Shown here: positions 18,664 through 29,400 of the stretch, one piece after another | How positions within the stretch are numbered: the stretch's first letter is position 1 | Layout: every line of letters begins with the position of its first letter | Source of the DNA: Candidatus Niyogibacteria bacterium | Lineage (GTDB): Bacteria; Patescibacteriota; Minisyncoccia; JACROR01 | DNA length: 48,100 nucleotides | Assembly (NCBI GenBank): GCA_016214345.1 | Contig: JACROR010000011.1 | Location: 1 to 48,100 of the forward strand | Direction of reading: 5' to 3' | Program-made: the position numbers and the translations under genes | The notes under the pieces: model-generated | What the model was told of the DNA's origin: nothing | Databases searched by the model: none | The model's input: only the letters and a program-made list of their open reading frames with translations

Positions 18664-20258
18664 TATTTAGACGCGGCCTCTTTATCCAATCGCGGGAAAA
18701 GTCCGACGTGATCTTTTACCGTAAAACTTTTCATTTTTTCCAAAGGCATATTGGGTGTTATGCCAAAAATATCAAATATTTTCGTAGCGGTTTCTGGCAT
18801 GAACGGCAGAAGCATCCGCGCCGCGGAGGACACTCCGTAAGCCAAGTTCCACAATACCGCCAGAGTTTTTTCCCGATCGGTTTTAACCAATTTAAACGGC
18901 TCGTAGTTCTGAACATAATGATCCAACTCTCCCACCAGCCGCCAAATTGCATCTCCCGCCTTTTGCAAATTCAGCTCGTTCATCGCGCGCTCATATTCCG
19001 GCAAAATGAATTTTTCTATCACATAATCAGCGCTGAAATATTCGGTTTCAAAACCTTCCTCTTTCGCGCTATCCGGCTGAAGTCCGATATTTTTTTTGAA
19101 AGGAACGGAGCTTATCAAATCCTCGTCCGGACGCGAAACCGCGCCATCGGCATACAACTTTATCATCTTGCTCGTCCTGCTCACTAAATTGCCAAGCCCG
19201 TTCGCCAAATTGGCATTATACGCGTCTCTTAATTTATCCTCGGTAAAATCGCCGTCTTCAAAAGTGGAAGTCTCCCGCAAAAGAAAATATCGCACCGCCT
19301 CCGCCCCGTATTTTCCAACCATCGCGAACGGGTCCACGACATTGCCAAGTGTTTTGGACATTTTCTGCCCGCCGGAAGTGATAAATCCATGAGCTACGAT
19401 CTTTTTGGGCAACGGCAAACCGGCGGATAAAAGCATCGCTGGCCAGATCGCGGCATGAAAGCGCAAAATATCCTTGCCGATCAAATGAATATCCGCTGGC
19501 CAAAAATTCTGAAACAATTCGTCATGGCCGCTGCCAAATCCCAGTGCCGAAATATAATTAGTGAGCGCGTCGCACCACACATACATGGTCTGCTCCGGAT
19601 CTTCCGGTACGGGAACACCCCAAGATATATCACGGGAAGGGCGGGAAAAACTCACATCCTCCAATCCTTCGGCAAGCAGAGCTAAAATTTCATTCTTACG
19701 GGACACGGGCACGATCTCCATCTCGCCCGACTCAACAGCGCTCTTTATCTTATCCGTGTATTTAGAAAGCCGGAAAAAGTAATTTTCTTCTTCAATGACT
19801 TCCGGCGCCTGCCCATGGTCCGCGCACTTTCCATCTATCAAATCTTTCTCCGTAATAAAAGCTTCGTGCCCCACGCAATAGAGTCCCTGATAAGATTTTT
19901 TGTAAATATCGCCTCTTTCCGCCAATTTTTTCCAGATCAGAACGGCCGCCGGCCAATGTCTCGCTTCATCCGAAGTACGTATGAAATCATTATTGGAAAT
20001 ATTTAAAGTACGCAACAAGTCGCGCACTTTCAAAGAATTTCCATCAACAAAATCACGGACCGGCACGCCCTCCTTTTCCGCCGAACGCGCGATCTTCGCG
20101 CCATGTTCATCCGTACCCGTTAAAAAATAAACCTCCTTGCCAAGAAGTTTATTATAACGGGCTATAACGTCGGCCATGGCCGCCTCTTTGGCAAAACCCA
20201 TGTGCGGAGGCGCATTTACGTAAGCGATGGCCGTAGTGATATAAAAATTTTTACTCAT
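18663..20258 (-). CDS. metG: Methionine--tRNA ligase
   Basis: FYITTAIAYVNAPPHMG, LTGTDEHG, YVWCDALTNY, IGKDILRFHA, KMSKT. Confidence 0.98.
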   Translation of the reverse strand: MSKNFYITTAIAYVNAPPHMGFAKEAAMADVIARYNKLLGKEVYFLTGTDEHGAKIARSAEKEGVPVRDFVDGNSLKVRDLLRTLNISNNDFIRTSDEARHWPAAVLIWKKLAERGDIYKKSYQGLYCVGHEAFITEKDLIDGKCADHGQAPEVIEEENYFFRLSKYTDKIKSAVESGEMEIVPVSRKNEILALLAEGLEDVSFSRPSRDISWGVPVPEDPEQTMYVWCDALTNYISALGFGSGHDELFQNFWPADIHLIGKDILRFHAAIWPAMLLSAGLPLPKKIVAHGFITSGGQKMSKTLGNVVDPFAMVGKYGAEAVRYFLLRETSTFEDGDFTEDKLRDAYNANLANGLGNLVSRTSKMIKLYADGAVSRPDEDLISSVPFKKNIGLQPDSAKEEGFETEYFSADYVIEKFILPEYERAMNELNLQKAGDAIWRLVGELDHYVQNYEPFKLVKTDREKTLAVLWNLAYGVSSAARMLLPFMPETATKIFDIFGITPNMPLEKMKSFTVKDHVGLFPRLDKEAASK

Positions 20259-21312
20259 CTACTCCGGCAATTAATTGCTTATGCTTGGTAATATCCGTGG
20301 CAATCTCCACTAAAATAGCCGCTACCGGCACCGCCAAAATAAATCCGAAAAATCCCGCGATCTCGTTGCCTATCAACAAAGACAAAACAACCATTATCGG
20401 ATTAACACCAATGGTCTTTCTCACCACTAAAGGGTAAATCAAATGATTTTCAAATTGCTGTACTATTATATAAAATCCTAAAACTATCAATCCTAAAATC
20501 GGTTTCTGTATAAAAGCTATGGCAATGGCGGGAATGGCCGCCAAAACCGGACCGAACATGGGGATCAACTCAAACACGGCGGAAAGCATTGCCAAAGAAA
20601 GCGCGTACCGCACCTGTAAAATAGTCAACCCTAAAAACACCAAAACCCCCACTAAGATTCCCAATAAAATCTGTCCCTGCAACCATTTTCCGATCTTATG
20701 GCTGGAACGAGCCCACAGATCCAGCAAATAAACTTCATATTCCGGAGGCGCTATAATATGCAAAAAGTCTTCAATGCCGCGCTCCTGCACCGCCAAATAA
20801 AACGATATCACTATGATCAAAACTAACGACAGCGCCCCACCAAACACATAAGAGATTGCGCCAAAAAATCCTCCGGCCGCTCCCTCAAAAGACGATTTAA
20901 AATTAATAATAGTGTTGCTCACGTAATCTAAGGTAGACGGAGGCATGTCCGGCAAAAATTGCGCCACATAAGGATTGGAGATATTGGCTTGCAAATAAGC
21001 CGGCAATTGCACGGCAAAATCTGACATTTCAGCGAACAATGGCGGTACGATTATATAAAACAGCGAGCTTAAAACCAAAAAAGTTATTAAATAAACCGCG
21101 ATAATTCCAAGCACTCGCGGAACGCGATTACGGATAAACCATCGGGATAATTGTTCTAACGCGGACGCGATCACCACCGAAACCAAAATAATCGCTACCA
21201 CATTTCTTATCCGATACAAAAATATTACCAGCACTACCAAAAGTATGGCGCGTACAACCGTGCCAGTAGTAATCTCTATGGTATGTTTTTCGCCTTTTCC
21301 GCCGTTGAACAT
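20251..21312 (-). CDS. AI-2E family transporter
   Basis: Multi-TM; WLQGQ, LIPMFGP, QQFENHLIYP, GFILAVP. Confidence 0.93.
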   Translation of the reverse strand: MFNGGKGEKHTIEITTGTVVRAILLVVLVIFLYRIRNVVAIILVSVVIASALEQLSRWFIRNRVPRVLGIIAVYLITFLVLSSLFYIIVPPLFAEMSDFAVQLPAYLQANISNPYVAQFLPDMPPSTLDYVSNTIINFKSSFEGAAGGFFGAISYVFGGALSLVLIIVISFYLAVQERGIEDFLHIIAPPEYEVYLLDLWARSSHKIGKWLQGQILLGILVGVLVFLGLTILQVRYALSLAMLSAVFELIPMFGPVLAAIPAIAIAFIQKPILGLIVLGFYIIVQQFENHLIYPLVVRKTIGVNPIMVVLSLLIGNEIAGFFGFILAVPVAAILVEIATDITKHKQLIAGVDE

Positions 21313-21320
21313 AATTCGCT

Positions 21321-22571
21321 TTAAAAAATATTTAACTTTTTGTGCGGACCGATAACCGCTAAATTCAGACGCCGCGGATCCAAAATATCTTGCGCTACGA
21401 CCTTGATCTCATTTTTGGAAAGTCGCTCCATTTTGCCCAACATCTCTTCCGGAGATAATATTTCTTTCTGAAACATCGCTTGCTCTCCGTAGAACATGGC
21501 CACCTCATCGGACGACTCAAAAGACAAGGCCATTGTACCACGAAGGTATTCCTTGGCAAAACGCAATTCCCGCTCGGAAGCTCCGCTTTTATACAACTGG
21601 CTGAAAATGCGCGTCATTTTTTTAACCGCCCTTACCAGATCCTTATGCGGCACTCCGGCATTGGCCACGAGCTCTCCGCCATAAGTGCTGCTGCTTACTT
21701 GCGCTCTTATATAATAAGTAAGACCCAACTTCTCTCTGATCTCCATAAAAAGGCGGGAAGACATATTTCCGCCCAATATAACGCTCAAAAGGGAGAGGGC
21801 ATATTTCCTTTCGTCAAACATGTCGTAAGCTTGCGCTCCCAGCACCAAATGCGTCTGATCGGATTCTTTATATTTTATTTTCACCCGCGGTCCAGACTGG
21901 CTATATTTTACCGGTTTCATTTTGGGCGCGAATCCTCGCGGCATTTTTTCAAAAGCCCGGTTAATTTTGGAAAACGCGTCTCCCGCGTTTATATTTCCCG
22001 CCACCACGACTAACGCGTTTGGAGCGAGATAATGCGAATTTTTATACTTCAAAATATCAGGCCGCGTTATGCCTGAAACCGTATCCGGAGTCCCGCCCAC
22101 GTCCCATCCCGCGGGTTGGTCTCCGTACATTAATGCATCAAAAACATCCATTACGTGGCGCTGAGGCATGTCCTGGTACATGTGAAGCTCTTGCAAGATC
22201 ACGCCACGCTCCTTATCTATCTCTCCCGCCGGAAACAGCGGATTTATCAAAATGTCGGAAACAATATCTATGGATTTACCAATGTGCTTCGCCGCGCTTT
22301 TCACCCAAAATCCGGTGATCTCTTTGGAAGTGAAGGCGTTGTGTTCCGCTCCCAAACCATCCAGCGCCCTGTTCACGTCTCCCGCCGTGGGACGGCGTTT
22401 GGTTCCTTTAAAAAATAGGTGCTCCAAAAAATGCGATATGCCGCTTATTCGCTTTTCCTCGTAAACCGAACCAGTATTGACCAAGACCAAAACCGTCGCC
22501 GCTTCAGTGCTTTTCATGGGCACAACCAGCGCGCGCAAGCCGTTATTGAATTTTTTAATTTTGTAATTCAT
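21321..22571 (-). CDS. M16 family (pitrilysin-like) zinc peptidase
   Basis: GISHFLEHLFFKGT (HxxEH), NAFTSKE, SSRLFMEIREKLGL. Confidence 0.95.
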   Translation of the reverse strand: MNYKIKKFNNGLRALVVPMKSTEAATVLVLVNTGSVYEEKRISGISHFLEHLFFKGTKRRPTAGDVNRALDGLGAEHNAFTSKEITGFWVKSAAKHIGKSIDIVSDILINPLFPAGEIDKERGVILQELHMYQDMPQRHVMDVFDALMYGDQPAGWDVGGTPDTVSGITRPDILKYKNSHYLAPNALVVVAGNINAGDAFSKINRAFEKMPRGFAPKMKPVKYSQSGPRVKIKYKESDQTHLVLGAQAYDMFDERKYALSLLSVILGGNMSSRLFMEIREKLGLTYYIRAQVSSSTYGGELVANAGVPHKDLVRAVKKMTRIFSQLYKSGASERELRFAKEYLRGTMALSFESSDEVAMFYGEQAMFQKEILSPEEMLGKMERLSKNEIKVVAQDILDPRRLNLAVIGPHKKLNIF

Positions 22572-22573
22572 TA

Positions 22574-23890
22574 TTATTTATTAATATAACGGATTAGCTT
22601 CTCTGTCGCCACGCGTTCCTGTTTGCCGCTGTCGCGGTCGCGCACCGTGACCGTTCCATCTTCCAGCGTGTCAAAATCAACGGTTACGCAATAAGGCGTT
22701 CCGATCTCATCCTGCCGCCTGTAACGTTTTCCTATGTTGCCATTATCGTCCCACATTATATTAGGAATCTCTTTTTTCAAGTCCCGATATATCTCCCGCG
22801 CCCTTCCCACCAATTCCGGTTTATTTTTAAGCAAAGGAAAAACTGCCGCTTTCACGGGCGCAATCTTGGGATCCAATTGCATGAGCTCCCTTTTTTCTCC
22901 GTTCATCTCATCTTCGGAGTAAGCGTCGCAAAGCGCGGCAAGCACCGTGCGATCAAGTCCGAAAGACGGCTCTATGCAATGCGGCACGAACCTCTCCTTC
23001 GCCGCTTCGTCCAAATAATCAAGCTTTATCTTGCTATGTTCGGCGTGGCGCGACAAATCGTAATCGGTGCGATATGCCAATCCGTAAAGCTCTTTTCTGC
23101 CAAAAGGAAAATCATACTCTATGTCTATGGTGCGTTTTGAATAAAACGCACGATCCGCTTCCGGCACTTCAAGCTCATGCACGTTATCGGCGCCGATCCC
23201 GACATCTTTGATAAAAGCGTGCATCTCGTTGCGAAAATGCTCAAAAGTTTCCGCCCAATCCTTAGGCGCGATAAAATATTCTATCTCCATCTGTTCAAAC
23301 TCACGCGCGCGAAAAGTAAAATCACGCGGCGCGATCTCGTTGCGAAACGCTTTCCCGATCTGCGCCATGCCGAAAGGCAACTTGGGATGAAAAGAATCAA
23401 TAATATTTTTATAATTCACGAACATTCCCTGGGCCGTCTCCGGACGCAAATAAGAAATCGTGCTTTCATCCTGCGTAGCGCCTACATGCGTAGTAAACAT
23501 CATGTTGAACTGGCGCTCCTCGCCCAACTTACCGCCGCACTCCGGACATTTAGCGCGGTCATCCAGCTGATCCGCGCGGAAACGCTTCTTGCAGCCGGAG
23601 CACTCCACCAGCGGATCAGAAAATCCCGAAGCATGGCCCGTGGCCTGCCAGACTTTCTGATTCATAAGAATCGCCGCGTCTACCCCGTACATATCTTCCC
23701 TGTCCTCCACAAAACGCTTCCACCACAAATCGCGAATATTGTTTTTAAGCGCCACCCCCAAAGGGCCGTAATCCCAGGTGCCGGCAAGACCGCCGTAAAT
23801 TTCCGAACCCGAATAAATAAATCCGCGCCGCTTCGCCAATGATATTATTTTTTCCATCTTATTATCCATAAGCCATTTACGCGCCACCAA
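22574..23890 (-). CDS. glyQS: Glycine--tRNA ligase, homodimeric alpha2 type
   Basis: LAKRRGF, YLRPETAQG, QIGKAFRNEI, EPSFGLDR, GKRYRRQDEIGTP. The start may be a few codons downstream. Confidence 0.97.
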   Translation of the reverse strand: MVARKWLMDNKMEKIISLAKRRGFIYSGSEIYGGLAGTWDYGPLGVALKNNIRDLWWKRFVEDREDMYGVDAAILMNQKVWQATGHASGFSDPLVECSGCKKRFRADQLDDRAKCPECGGKLGEERQFNMMFTTHVGATQDESTISYLRPETAQGMFVNYKNIIDSFHPKLPFGMAQIGKAFRNEIAPRDFTFRAREFEQMEIEYFIAPKDWAETFEHFRNEMHAFIKDVGIGADNVHELEVPEADRAFYSKRTIDIEYDFPFGRKELYGLAYRTDYDLSRHAEHSKIKLDYLDEAAKERFVPHCIEPSFGLDRTVLAALCDAYSEDEMNGEKRELMQLDPKIAPVKAAVFPLLKNKPELVGRAREIYRDLKKEIPNIMWDDNGNIGKRYRRQDEIGTPYCVTVDFDTLEDGTVTVRDRDSGKQERVATEKLIRYINK

Positions 23891-23895
23891 CTAAA

Positions 23896-25803
23896 CTATT
23901 GACCATTCTGAACCTGATATTCTCCGGACTTTATTTGCGTATCCGAGAAAAGCTGCGTGGTAAGCGCGCCCTTGGCATCCCGCAAAACCACCCCCGTAAA
24001 AGTGTCGTCTCCTTCGGCTATGGCATCCGATATCAATACCGGCATTCCCCCGACTTGCGAAAGAGAAGGAATTAACCCCAGCTGAAAAGCAATCTCACGC
24101 GCCGGCCTTAAAATGCCGGTGCCCGCCTTAAGCTCTCCCACCTCCCACACGATCTTGCCGCTAAGCTCGTCAAAAGCGATCTTTTCATCAGACGGCAGAG
24201 AACGCCCCAGCCAACTCATATAAGAAGGCAGGGAAGCGTAAACTTTAACATTTTTCAGATCATTAGACCAATTGGCAAGCGACCATACTAAGGTATAGGT
24301 AGTTTTTTGTCCGACTTGCGGCGGTAATGGCCCGTCATTCGGCATCAGAGTGGAATAAAAATATCCCTGACTGGATAATTGCAAATTGGAAGAAATTTTT
24401 ACTTCTTTAAAAAGCCGTCCGTCTATATCCACGCCGTCAAATCCCTGCGGCCGCTCTCCGGCGTACATATGAGCCTGAAGGCGAGCTGAGAAATTAATAT
24501 CCTCCGCTTGTTTTATAGGCAGACTTTTCAAAATATCCAGACTAAACGATACGTCTCCCTCTTGACCGGCGGCAAGATAAGCAAAAATCGGATTGGAAGA
24601 CGAATTCCAAATCATAGTATTGTCGCTGCCCCTGTAAAATCCTTGACCCGTGTAAACGGTTTTCTTGTCCCATCCGCCGCCTTCAATGCCAATTTCCAAA
24701 ACGACATTTTTTACGGTAACCGGCAAATTATTTTTCCAATGAACCTTAACCTCCAAACGATCTCCCGCTTTGGCGATATACTCATCTCGGTTGTTAATAG
24801 TCGCCGATAGATCCAAGAACGGCTTCCTTAAAGTGGTCGTGATCACTCCCGCTCCGTAAACCACCAAGTGGCCGTCCTTGTCCATGGCGCCAACAGATAA
24901 TTTAAACAACTTGCTCTCCAAATCATTTCCATCTATCTTGCCCTTAACGCGTATAATCCTTTGCTGTTGAGGGGCGAGATCTTTTACTTCCCAGGTATTA
25001 TTGGAAAAGGATGGCAAAGGATCGGCGGATATGAATTCAAAACCTTGCGGATATATCGCCTCCAAAGTCAGTCCTTGTATGACTTCCGCTGAATTGGAAT
25101 TATACGTTATATCCAATAATATCTCCTGCCCTATGTTGCTCTGTTCAGGAACATTCAAAGAAATACCGATAGGTGAAGTAATCAATTTAAAAGAATAGGG
25201 CGCGTTTTTGGCAAGAATGGCATTAGAGCCCTGCGCGCGATACTCCAAAATCGCGGCCGCTTCTTCAACGCTTCCCTGTTCGCCAAAAACCGTGGCTTCA
25301 AAAACTTCTTCCACGTATTCACCTGCCGCGACATGCCCTAAATAACGCTTCTCGGTCAAAGGAGACGTCAGGTCGCCTTTTTTATTGACTGGCCGGGAAT
25401 TATCCGGATAATTGAAGGTGATTTCCACGCCCTCCAACGCTATATCATTTTTATTTTGCATAATCACGTGCCATGAGGCTTTTTCCCCTCCATTTATGCT
25501 TTGCGGCCCAGCCACGTTGAAACTCAAATTGTCGGACGACACGCCGCCAAACCATCCAAACAAAAAACCCAACGCGGCAAAAAGCACTACTGCCACGAAT
25601 AAAGACAGTCCCACGATCAATTTAGTCATATGCGGCATTTTGGGAGATGCGGGCGCGGCAATGCCTTTCCATTCCAAAGGAGCCTCTTCCGTCTCTCTCT
25701 TATAAGCCCTGACCTCTTCCAGCGTGTCCTTGGCAAATCTTCGCTTCAGATCTTTGCTTTGACCGTATAGCTTCCTTTTTAATTTTTCCAAACCATCCGC
25801 CAT
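23896..25803 (-). CDS. Membrane-anchored beta-rich (Ig-like/DUF11-like repeat) surface protein
   Basis: One TM helix followed by repeated beta-sandwich-like segments. Start reassigned to ATG 25803 because TATAAT lies 7 nt upstream and it avoids overlap with recO. Confidence 0.65.
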   Translation of the reverse strand: MADGLEKLKRKLYGQSKDLKRRFAKDTLEEVRAYKRETEEAPLEWKGIAAPASPKMPHMTKLIVGLSLFVAVVLFAALGFLFGWFGGVSSDNLSFNVAGPQSINGGEKASWHVIMQNKNDIALEGVEITFNYPDNSRPVNKKGDLTSPLTEKRYLGHVAAGEYVEEVFEATVFGEQGSVEEAAAILEYRAQGSNAILAKNAPYSFKLITSPIGISLNVPEQSNIGQEILLDITYNSNSAEVIQGLTLEAIYPQGFEFISADPLPSFSNNTWEVKDLAPQQQRIIRVKGKIDGNDLESKLFKLSVGAMDKDGHLVVYGAGVITTTLRKPFLDLSATINNRDEYIAKAGDRLEVKVHWKNNLPVTVKNVVLEIGIEGGGWDKKTVYTGQGFYRGSDNTMIWNSSSNPIFAYLAAGQEGDVSFSLDILKSLPIKQAEDINFSARLQAHMYAGERPQGFDGVDIDGRLFKEVKISSNLQLSSQGYFYSTLMPNDGPLPPQVGQKTTYTLVWSLANWSNDLKNVKVYASLPSYMSWLGRSLPSDEKIAFDELSGKIVWEVGELKAGTGILRPAREIAFQLGLIPSLSQVGGMPVLISDAIAEGDDTFTGVVLRDAKGALTTQLFSDTQIKSGEYQVQNGQ

Positions 25804-25819
25804 AATCTCTATTATACAT

Positions 25820-26404
25820 CTATAAGCCGCTCGCATAAATGCCGTCATCAAAGAGTTTTGAAATTTGAAACACTCCGACCGCCGAAACAAAAACATCACT
25901 CCAACCGCCAGTATCAACGACCTCCTTTAATTCCGACCGTAGCGCGCCATCTATATATCCCAGATGAGCCAGCAAGCGAACACCGAAAACTTTTTCCGCC
26001 GTAGCGGCAGAAGAAAATACTCCGCCTTTTCGCGCGAAATCCATAAAACCGCGCAACAGATCCCATATGCCATCATCGCGCTCGCTCCCTTGCACCATTC
26101 TATCCACTAAACGCAGAGCGCTGGACATCGCATGCCGCGCCGCGAGATCCGGTGCGCCGGCAAAAAAATTCAAACGCTCTTCAATATCCGTAAGGCGCAT
26201 ATATTCGGAATTTCCCGTGAACATGAGGCGTGCCTCCGAGCCGGTGTTTATATGGCCCTTTAATTTGGACTGCGCAGTGCGCACGCTCTTTGCCACCAAA
26301 CTTATCTTGCCGAAATCTTTGGTGAACAAATTTATGAATTTATCCGCCTCACCCATGTCGTAATGCGATAAAATTATTCCTTCGGTTTTATGGATCGCCG
26401 CCAT
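25820..26404 (-). CDS. recO: DNA repair protein RecO
   Basis: TEGIIL...GEADK...FTKDFGKISLVAKSVR...SKL; C-terminal LLAHLGY. Confidence 0.93.
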   Translation of the reverse strand: MAAIHKTEGIILSHYDMGEADKFINLFTKDFGKISLVAKSVRTAQSKLKGHINTGSEARLMFTGNSEYMRLTDIEERLNFFAGAPDLAARHAMSSALRLVDRMVQGSERDDGIWDLLRGFMDFARKGGVFSSAATAEKVFGVRLLAHLGYIDGALRSELKEVVDTGGWSDVFVSAVGVFQISKLFDDGIYASGL

Positions 26405-26407
26405 GAA

Positions 26408-29400
26408 TTATTTTTTTATGCCAATGGTAACCACGCCGTAATCCAACGCGAGCTCCTCCTTAAAAAAGTCTTCCGGGATCGCGTTCAAATTTATCTCCCG
26501 CGCCGAAACGGCAACCATCAGATCATTTTTATATTTTTCCAAAAGAGAGCGCGCCTCACCCTCCGCGACAAACGCCAAGTCTACTTTGTCCTGCGGCAAT
26601 AAATTCATATTTTTCCGCATATCCTGAATTTTTCGCGCCAATTCGCGCAGCATTCCCTCTTCTTTAAGTTCTTGAGAAATGACGAGATCCAATTCCACGT
26701 CGCCAACAATGCTTTCATCAAAAATAATTTCTTTAACATTCAATTCATCTTTCAAAAGACGCGCAAGTTTCTCATCAGGCTCTAGGTTTTGGTTTTTAGT
26801 TTTTAGTTTTAGCGCGGCAAGCGGCTGGCGCACCTTGATGCCGGCTTTGGCGCGCGCCTCCAACCCCAGAGAAACCAAACGGCGAACCTCTTGCATGAAT
26901 CTGACGAGCGCCATCTCTGCCTCATCGGGTCGTGGCAACTCCGGATAATCTTCCAAATGCACGCTTTCTTTATCGCCGCCCAACAACTGATAAATTTTCT
27001 CGGACACAAAAGGAGCGAACGGCGCGGTTAGTTTAGCGAACTGAAGGAAAACATAACGGGTCGTGGCGACTGCCGACGCCTTATCCTCACCTTCTTCTTT
27101 AAAACGTTCGCGCGATCTTCGCAAATACCAGGTTGACAGATCATCCACGAATTCGCCCACAGGCCTTACCGCCCTGTCTAACTCATAACTATCCATGCTT
27201 GCCGACACTTCGGACAAAACTTCTTTCAATCTTGCCACGATCCATTTATCCAGCATATTCTCACTTTTTGGAGGCTTAGCCTCCAAATCGGTATATACGC
27301 CCTCCGGCGCGTACATCTCATAAAAATTATAAACATTGGTCAGGCGCAAAATGATCTTTTTATTGATCTCGTCCACGCCTTTCTCGGAAAAATTCAAACT
27401 CTCGGCGCGCACCACAGGAGACGACAATAAATACAAACGCAGCGCGTCCGCTCCGTATTTTTCCACCACCTCCATCGGATCGGGATAATTTTTCAACCGC
27501 TTGGACATTTTTTGTCCGTCCTCCGCCAAAATAATTCCGCTGGTTATGACATTTTTAAACGCAGGCTTGCCGAAAAGCGCCGTGGAAAGCACCAAAAGAT
27601 TATAAAACCACCCGCGCGTCTGATCCACCGCTTCGGCGATGAATTCCGCGGGAAAATTTTTCTCAAACAATTCCTTATTCTCAAAAGGATAATGAATCTG
27701 CCCATAAGGCATGGAGCCGGACTCAAACCAGCAATCAAAAACTTCCGGCACGCGCGAGACTTCTCCGCCGCATGAACAGGGCAATTTAATTTCATCAATG
27801 TAGGGACGATGAAAATCCAACTCAAAATTAGCGTTGTGTGGCAACGGATAAAAATCTAGCGCCTGCACTTCGGCGTAATGTATAAAATTGTCTTTGTCTT
27901 CCTTCATGGCTAATGAGCGAGGCGTATCCGCGCCCTCCGCTCCGGCAGAAAGCATCCAAATCGGATATTCGTGGCTCACAATCAAAATATTTTTGCCGCG
28001 ATATTTTTTATCAATGTCATACAAAAATCCTGCCATGCGATTTTTAAGTTCCGTCAGATTTTCACCCTCCGGAGGATTTTTATAAAATTTCTCCTCGCGC
28101 GATGAAAAATATTTATGATAATTCGCCGCGTCCTGCCTGTCAAAAATTCCTACATTATATTCGCGCGCGCGCGGATCGGCTATAACAGCATTTTGCGCGA
28201 CACCCAGCTCCTTTGCCACAATCTCCGCGGTTTCTTGAGTACGCCTAAAATCCGAATGAATAATCAGGTTAACGCCTTTTCCTTTGAGCGCCGCGGCCGA
28301 TTTTTTGGCTTCGGCGCGCCCCTTTTCCGTAAGCGCGTAATGATTATTTTCAATATTTGAATTAACTATGTTTTTAACATTATTTTCCGATTCGCCATGC
28401 CGCATCACGAAATATTTATTACCAGACAAAGCGGACGATGCGCGCAGGTCTTCGCGCGATCCCAAAACTTTTACAGCCTCGCACTTACCGCACCGCCACA
28501 CGGGCAACGGCGCGCCCCAAAAACGCGAACGGGAGATGGCCCAATCGCGCGCGCCCGTGAGCCATTTGCCGAAACGCCCGTCTTTAATATGCCCCGGCAC
28601 CCAGTTTATTTTTTGATTATTATCCAGCAGTCCACCCTTGCCATCTTTAATGGAGGTTACTTTTACGAACCACGAAGAAGCCGCGTAATTCAGTAGCGGC
28701 GTGTCGCATCTCCAGCAATGCGGATACGAGTGCGTGATCTTTTTCTTATCAAAAAAATTGCCGTGCTCTTGCAAGTATTTTATTACGGCGATGTCCGCGG
28801 ACAGCCGTTCTTTTTCATCTTCGGACTTCGGTTTTACGTACATTCCCGCGAAATCCGTTACCTCCGGCTTGAATTTTCCGTCCATGCTCACATGCTGGAT
28901 AAAAGGCAAATTTTCTTTTTGTCCCAAATTCATGTCGTCCTCGCCGAACGCCGGCGCGATATGCACCACGCCGGCGCCTTCCTCCGTGGTTACAAAATCC
29001 GCGCCGTAAATTTTATAGGCATTTTCCCACTTATCCGTCTCTTCCCGGTCCGAGGCCGGTCCGCCTTGGGCGGAAAAAATTGGTTGATATTTTTTACCGA
29101 CTAAATTACTGCCTTTAAACTCAGAAATTATTTCATACGGCTCATCTTTTAATACTTCAGCAATTCTCTCTTTCGCAAAAATATAAAATTCCGGAATTTT
29201 TAATTTTTCGTTTTTAATTTTTAGCTTACAATAAACAATTTCGTTATTTATTGCGAGCGCCACATTCCCCGGCAGAGTCCACGGCGTTGTCGTCCACGCC
29301 AAAATATAAGTATTTTCATCAGTCGTAAAATCTCCAATCTTCTGTCCCGCTTCCAATTTAAACTTCACCGTCACCGACAGATCGGTAATATCCTTGTATC

